Source: Clostridia bacterium | Lineage (GTDB): Bacteria > Bacillota > Clostridia > Christensenellales > UBA1242 | Assembly (NCBI GenBank): GCA_017456465.1 | Contig: JAFTJJ010000014.1 | Span: 1 to 34,540, forward strand | Direction of reading: 5' to 3' | Length of the DNA: 34,540 bases | Part shown: piece by piece, positions 31,495 to 34,540 of the stretch | Position numbering within the stretch: the first letter of the stretch is position 1 | How the letters are laid out: each line of letters begins with the position of its first letter | Program-made: the position numbers and the translations under genes | Notes under the pieces: model-generated | What the model saw: the letters and a program-made list of their open reading frames with translations, nothing else | What the model was told of the DNA's origin: nothing | Database searches by the model: none

Positions 31495-32100
31495 GTGATT
31501 ATTCTTGGCATTGACCCAGGCTATGGAATTGTTGGTTACGGTGTGATTGAAAAAGACACGAGAGGCAAGTGCCACATGATTTCATATGGTGCAATCAAAA
31601 CACCAACTGATGAAACATTCCCAACAAGACTTGCAATTATTGAAGAGAGAATAAAATTTCTCATCGATAAATACAAACCTGATGCTGTTGCAGTTGAAGA
31701 ATTGTTTTTCAACACCAATATCACAACAGGAATCAAAGTTGCTGAGGCAAGAGGAGTCATCGTTTGCACAGCCGTCAAAGAGTGTGCAGGCCTTTTTGAA
31801 TATACTCCAAGTCAAATCAAACTTGCAATCACGGGGTCAGGAAAGGCAGAAAAACATCAAGTACAATACATGACAAAAATGATGCTTGGGCTTTCTGAAA
31901 TTCCAAAACCAGATGATGCAGCGGACGCACTTGCTGTCGCGCTCACTCACGCACAAACAAACAACCAAATCAAAAACAACAGCATGATGCAGTTTGAAAA
32001 GCTCAAATCTGGCAGAAAAAAGACAGTGAACAGTTTTGAAAAGCTCTTACTTGAACAAAATGCAAAGAAAAAATCTAACATAAACAATTGGAAGTCATAA
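31495..32100 (+). CDS. ruvC: Crossover junction endodeoxyribonuclease RuvC
   Basis: The motifs are ILGIDPGYG, AVEELFF and KPDDAADALAVALTHA. GTG 31495 is preferred because GTG 31483 overlaps the AGGAG SD. There is a Lys-rich C-terminal tail. Confidence 0.85.
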   Translation: MIILGIDPGYGIVGYGVIEKDTRGKCHMISYGAIKTPTDETFPTRLAIIEERIKFLIDKYKPDAVAVEELFFNTNITTGIKVAEARGVIVCTAVKECAGLFEYTPSQIKLAITGSGKAEKHQVQYMTKMMLGLSEIPKPDDAADALAVALTHAQTNNQIKNNSMMQFEKLKSGRKKTVNSFEKLLLEQNAKKKSNINNWKS

Positions 32101-32110
32101 GGGGAAAGAT

Positions 32111-32722
32111 ATGATATACAAAATAGTTGGGACAGTTGAACAAATTGATGAAAACACAGTTTCAGTGAGCACTGATGCAGGTGTTGGCTTTGAAGTGATT
32201 TGCACGCAGGCTGATGCAATCTCTCTTGCAAGCGAAAAGGGAAACCAGACGGTTTTCACATACCTTCAAGTTCGTGAGGACGCAATGGTACTTTATGGCT
32301 TCAAATCTCTCGAGGTTAAAGCAATGTTCTTGAAGCTCATCACAATTTCTGGAATTGGTCCAAAAATGGCAATTTCAATCCTTTCTGAAACAACGCCTGA
32401 GGATTTGTCTTACTCAATTGTGAACTCTGATGTGAAGGCACTCTCAAAGGTTAAGGGACTTGGAAAGAAAACAGCAGAGAGAATAATTTTGGAACTCAAA
32501 GAAAAGGTTTCTGCAATTGCCACAGACATCAAGAAAACAAACAAGACAGCCACTGTTGAGACTGGCAAACTTTCATCAGAGCAAGAAGACAGTTTGATTG
32601 CTCTTTGCAGTTTGGGACTTGGCAAAACTCAAGCCACAAAACTCGTGATGGAACTTTCAACTCCAGACATGAAGGCTGAAGATATTGTTGCAATTTGCAT
32701 CAAAAACATGGGGGCAAGATAA
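32111..32722 (+). CDS. ruvA: Holliday junction branch migration complex subunit RuvA
   Basis: 203 aa. OB-fold N-terminus, HhH motifs (LITISGIGPKMA, LSKVKGLGKKTAERI) and a C-terminal domain III. Confidence 0.9.
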   Translation: MIYKIVGTVEQIDENTVSVSTDAGVGFEVICTQADAISLASEKGNQTVFTYLQVREDAMVLYGFKSLEVKAMFLKLITISGIGPKMAISILSETTPEDLSYSIVNSDVKALSKVKGLGKKTAERIILELKEKVSAIATDIKKTNKTATVETGKLSSEQEDSLIALCSLGLGKTQATKLVMELSTPDMKAEDIVAICIKNMGAR

Positions 32723-32725
32723 TTT

Positions 32726-33757
32726 ATGTGGGAAGATTTTGACAACTCAGAGGAATTTGAACAGCGGTTCATATCAAGTGAAAGACTCACAGGTGAGTCA
32801 GAAGAAGAAAATATTCTTCGTCCAAAGACCATGGATGATTATGTTGGTCAAGAAAAAGTTAAGGAAAACCTCAAGGTTTACATTGGCGCAGCAAAAAAAC
32901 GCGGCGAAGCACTTGATCATGTCCTTTTGTATGGACCTCCTGGACTTGGAAAAACAACACTTTCAAGCATCATTGCAAATGAACTTGGTGTTGGACTCAA
33001 AATGACAAGTGGTCCAGCGATTGAAAAGGCAGGCGACCTTGCTGGACTTCTCACAAATCTTTCTGAAGGAGATGTGCTTTTCATTGATGAAATCCACAGA
33101 ATGAATCATTCAGTTGAAGAAATTTTGTATCCAGCAATGGAGGACTACGCACTTGACTTTTTGATTGGCAAAGGTCCATCTGCCCGAAGCATGAGACTCA
33201 CTCTTCCAAAGTTCACACTTGTTGGCGCAACAACAAAGGCGGGAATGCTGACTGGTCCTCTTCGCGATCGTTTTGGAGTCATTGCAAGACTTGAACTCTA
33301 TTCACCAGAAGAACTCGACAAAATTGTAAGGCGTTCTGCCAAACTTCTTGGAATGGACATTGATTCAGATGCTTCAATTGAAATTGCAAGCAGATCAAGA
33401 GGAACACCAAGAATCGCAAACAGAATTTTGAAGCGTGTTCGTGACTTTGCAGATGTTGAAAACAGTGGGGTCATTGACCTTAAAATCGCTCGTCACGCTC
33501 TTGCACGCATGGAAATTGATGAACTTGGACTTGACATGGTTGACCGCAGAATTTTGGAAACAATCATTGACAAATTTGGTGGTGGACCAGTTGGTCTTGA
33601 CACATTGGCAGCATCAACAGGAGAAGAAACCACAACAATTGAAGATGTTTATGAACCATATCTGTTGCAACTTGGTTTCATTCAAAGAACACCAAGGGGA
33701 AGAGTTGCCACCGCTGCGGCTTATGAACATTTGGACAGAAAATTCACAGGAAAATAA
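32726..33757 (+). CDS. ruvB: Holliday junction DNA helicase RuvB
   Basis: Walker A is GPPGLGKTT, Walker B is LFIDEIHR, with the sensor and Arg finger in [21 protein letters not shown]. Confidence 0.95.
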   Translation: MWEDFDNSEEFEQRFISSERLTGESEEENILRPKTMDDYVGQEKVKENLKVYIGAAKKRGEALDHVLLYGPPGLGKTTLSSIIANELGVGLKMTSGPAIEKAGDLAGLLTNLSEGDVLFIDEIHRMNHSVEEILYPAMEDYALDFLIGKGPSARSMRLTLPKFTLVGATTKAGMLTGPLRDRFGVIARLELYSPEELDKIVRRSAKLLGMDIDSDASIEIASRSRGTPRIANRILKRVRDFADVENSGVIDLKIARHALARMEIDELGLDMVDRRILETIIDKFGGGPVGLDTLAASTGEETTTIEDVYEPYLLQLGFIQRTPRGRVATAAAYEHLDRKFTGK

Positions 33758-33758
33758 A

Positions 33759-34540
33759 ATGGAAAAACAAATTATTAAAAAATCTGACTTTTACTATGAT
33801 CTGCCTGAAGAACTCATCGCTCAAACACCAGTTGAGCCAAGAGATCACTCAAGGCTTTTGGTTGTGGACAAAGAAACAGGGAATCTTGAGCATAAACACT
33901 TTTATGACATTGTTGATTACTTGACCCCAAACGATGTTTTGGTGGTCAATAACACCCGTGTCATTCCTGCAAGACTTTATGGAAAGAAAAAGACTGGGGC
34001 AAACATTGAAGTTTTGATCATCAAAAGACCAAACCTTCTCACTGCTGAAGTTTTGGTGAGACCAGGAAAGAAAGCAAGAAAAGGCACTGAAATTTTCTTT
34101 AATGACAACTTTTCATGTGTTGTCACTGATGAAGTTCCTGAAACTGGTGGAAGAATTGTGGAGTTCAAAGTTCCAGAAAGATCAACACTCGAAGCTGAAC
34201 TTGACCGAGCTGGCACAATGCCGCTGCCACCATACATTCATGAAAAACTTGAAAATCAAGAGAGATATCAAACTGTTTATAACAAGCACAAAGGTTCTTC
34301 AGCTGCGCCAACAGCAGGTCTTCATTTCACAACCGAACTTCTTGAAAAAATCAAAGCGAAGGGCGTTGAAATCATTGATGTTCTTTTGGATGTTGGACTT
34401 GGAACTTTCAGACCCGTGTCTGAAGAGAATGTGCTTGATCACAAAATGCACTCTGAACACATGGTGATCACCAAAGAAACCGCAGAAAAACTCAACAATG
34501 CAAAAAGGACTGGCAAAAGAATAATTGCAGTTGGAACAAC
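33759..34540 (+). CDS. queA: S-adenosylmethionine:tRNA ribosyltransferase-isomerase (5' part; continues past the window end)
   Basis: It is absent from the ORF track because there is no stop in the window. My own translation from ATG 33759 gives MEKQIIKKSDFYYDLPEELIAQTPVEPRDHSRLLVV...GTMPLPPYIHEKL...RYQTVY...SSAAPTAGLHFT...HSEHMVI...IIAVGT with no stop. Confidence 0.9.
   Translation, partial: MEKQIIKKSDFYYDLPEELIAQTPVEPRDHSRLLVVDKETGNLEHKHFYDIVDYLTPNDVLVVNNTRVIPARLYGKKKTGANIEVLIIKRPNLLTAEVLVRPGKKARKGTEIFFNDNFSCVVTDEVPETGGRIVEFKVPERSTLEAELDRAGTMPLPPYIHEKLENQERYQTVYNKHKGSSAAPTAGLHFTTELLEKIKAKGVEIIDVLLDVGLGTFRPVSEENVLDHKMHSEHMVITKETAEKLNNAKRTGKRIIAVGT

Noticed and set aside
1-34540. CRISPR arrays, IS elements, prophage genes, rRNA genes and alternative genetic code (TGA recoding)
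   Set aside because: I saw no regularly spaced direct repeats and no transposase, integrase, capsid or terminase-like ORFs. Trp is encoded by TGG in conserved positions, and TGA ends several well-supported ORFs (9023, 11229, 16130, 21882).

Overview
This is an AT-rich chromosomal segment of a low-GC Gram-positive (Bacillota-like) bacterium using the standard code (TGG is Trp; TAA, TAG and TGA all terminate ORFs). I call 38 CDS, all on the + strand. They are separated by sigma-A type promoters (TTGACA-17-TATAAT, often TGn-extended) and hairpin plus T-run terminators.

Core blocks:
- Heterodimeric ABC exporter (4197-7792).
- ArsR/SmtB regulator plus Zn/Cd-type P1B ATPase (16294-18786).
- argS and queH.
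- ytxC-like gene, Thr T-box, thrS, L20 leader, infC (ATT start), rpmI, rplT (22037-26452).
- TrmH-family RNA methyltransferase, yebC and an S51 peptidase.
- ruvC-ruvA-ruvB-queA (31495 to the window end; queA is truncated).

I saw no rRNA, convincing tRNA, CRISPR array, transposase or integrase.

Regions worth a second look:
1. Two adjacent genes (26574-28119) whose products look like mTERF-type helical repeat proteins, a family that is almost entirely eukaryotic and organellar. They sit between rplT and the RNA methyltransferase.
2. A block of six unrecognised genes (7989-13431). It has a transglutaminase/papain-like Cys-His-Asp protein, two tandem paralogous small proteins with duplicated promoters, an acidic 352-aa protein, a putative Cys-nucleophile alpha/beta-hydrolase-like protein and an orphan HExxH...E metallopeptidase.
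3. Two YwaF/TMEM164-like membrane paralogues, one linked to PAP2 and DegV lipid genes.

All functional calls come from motif reading by eye. No database search was run.
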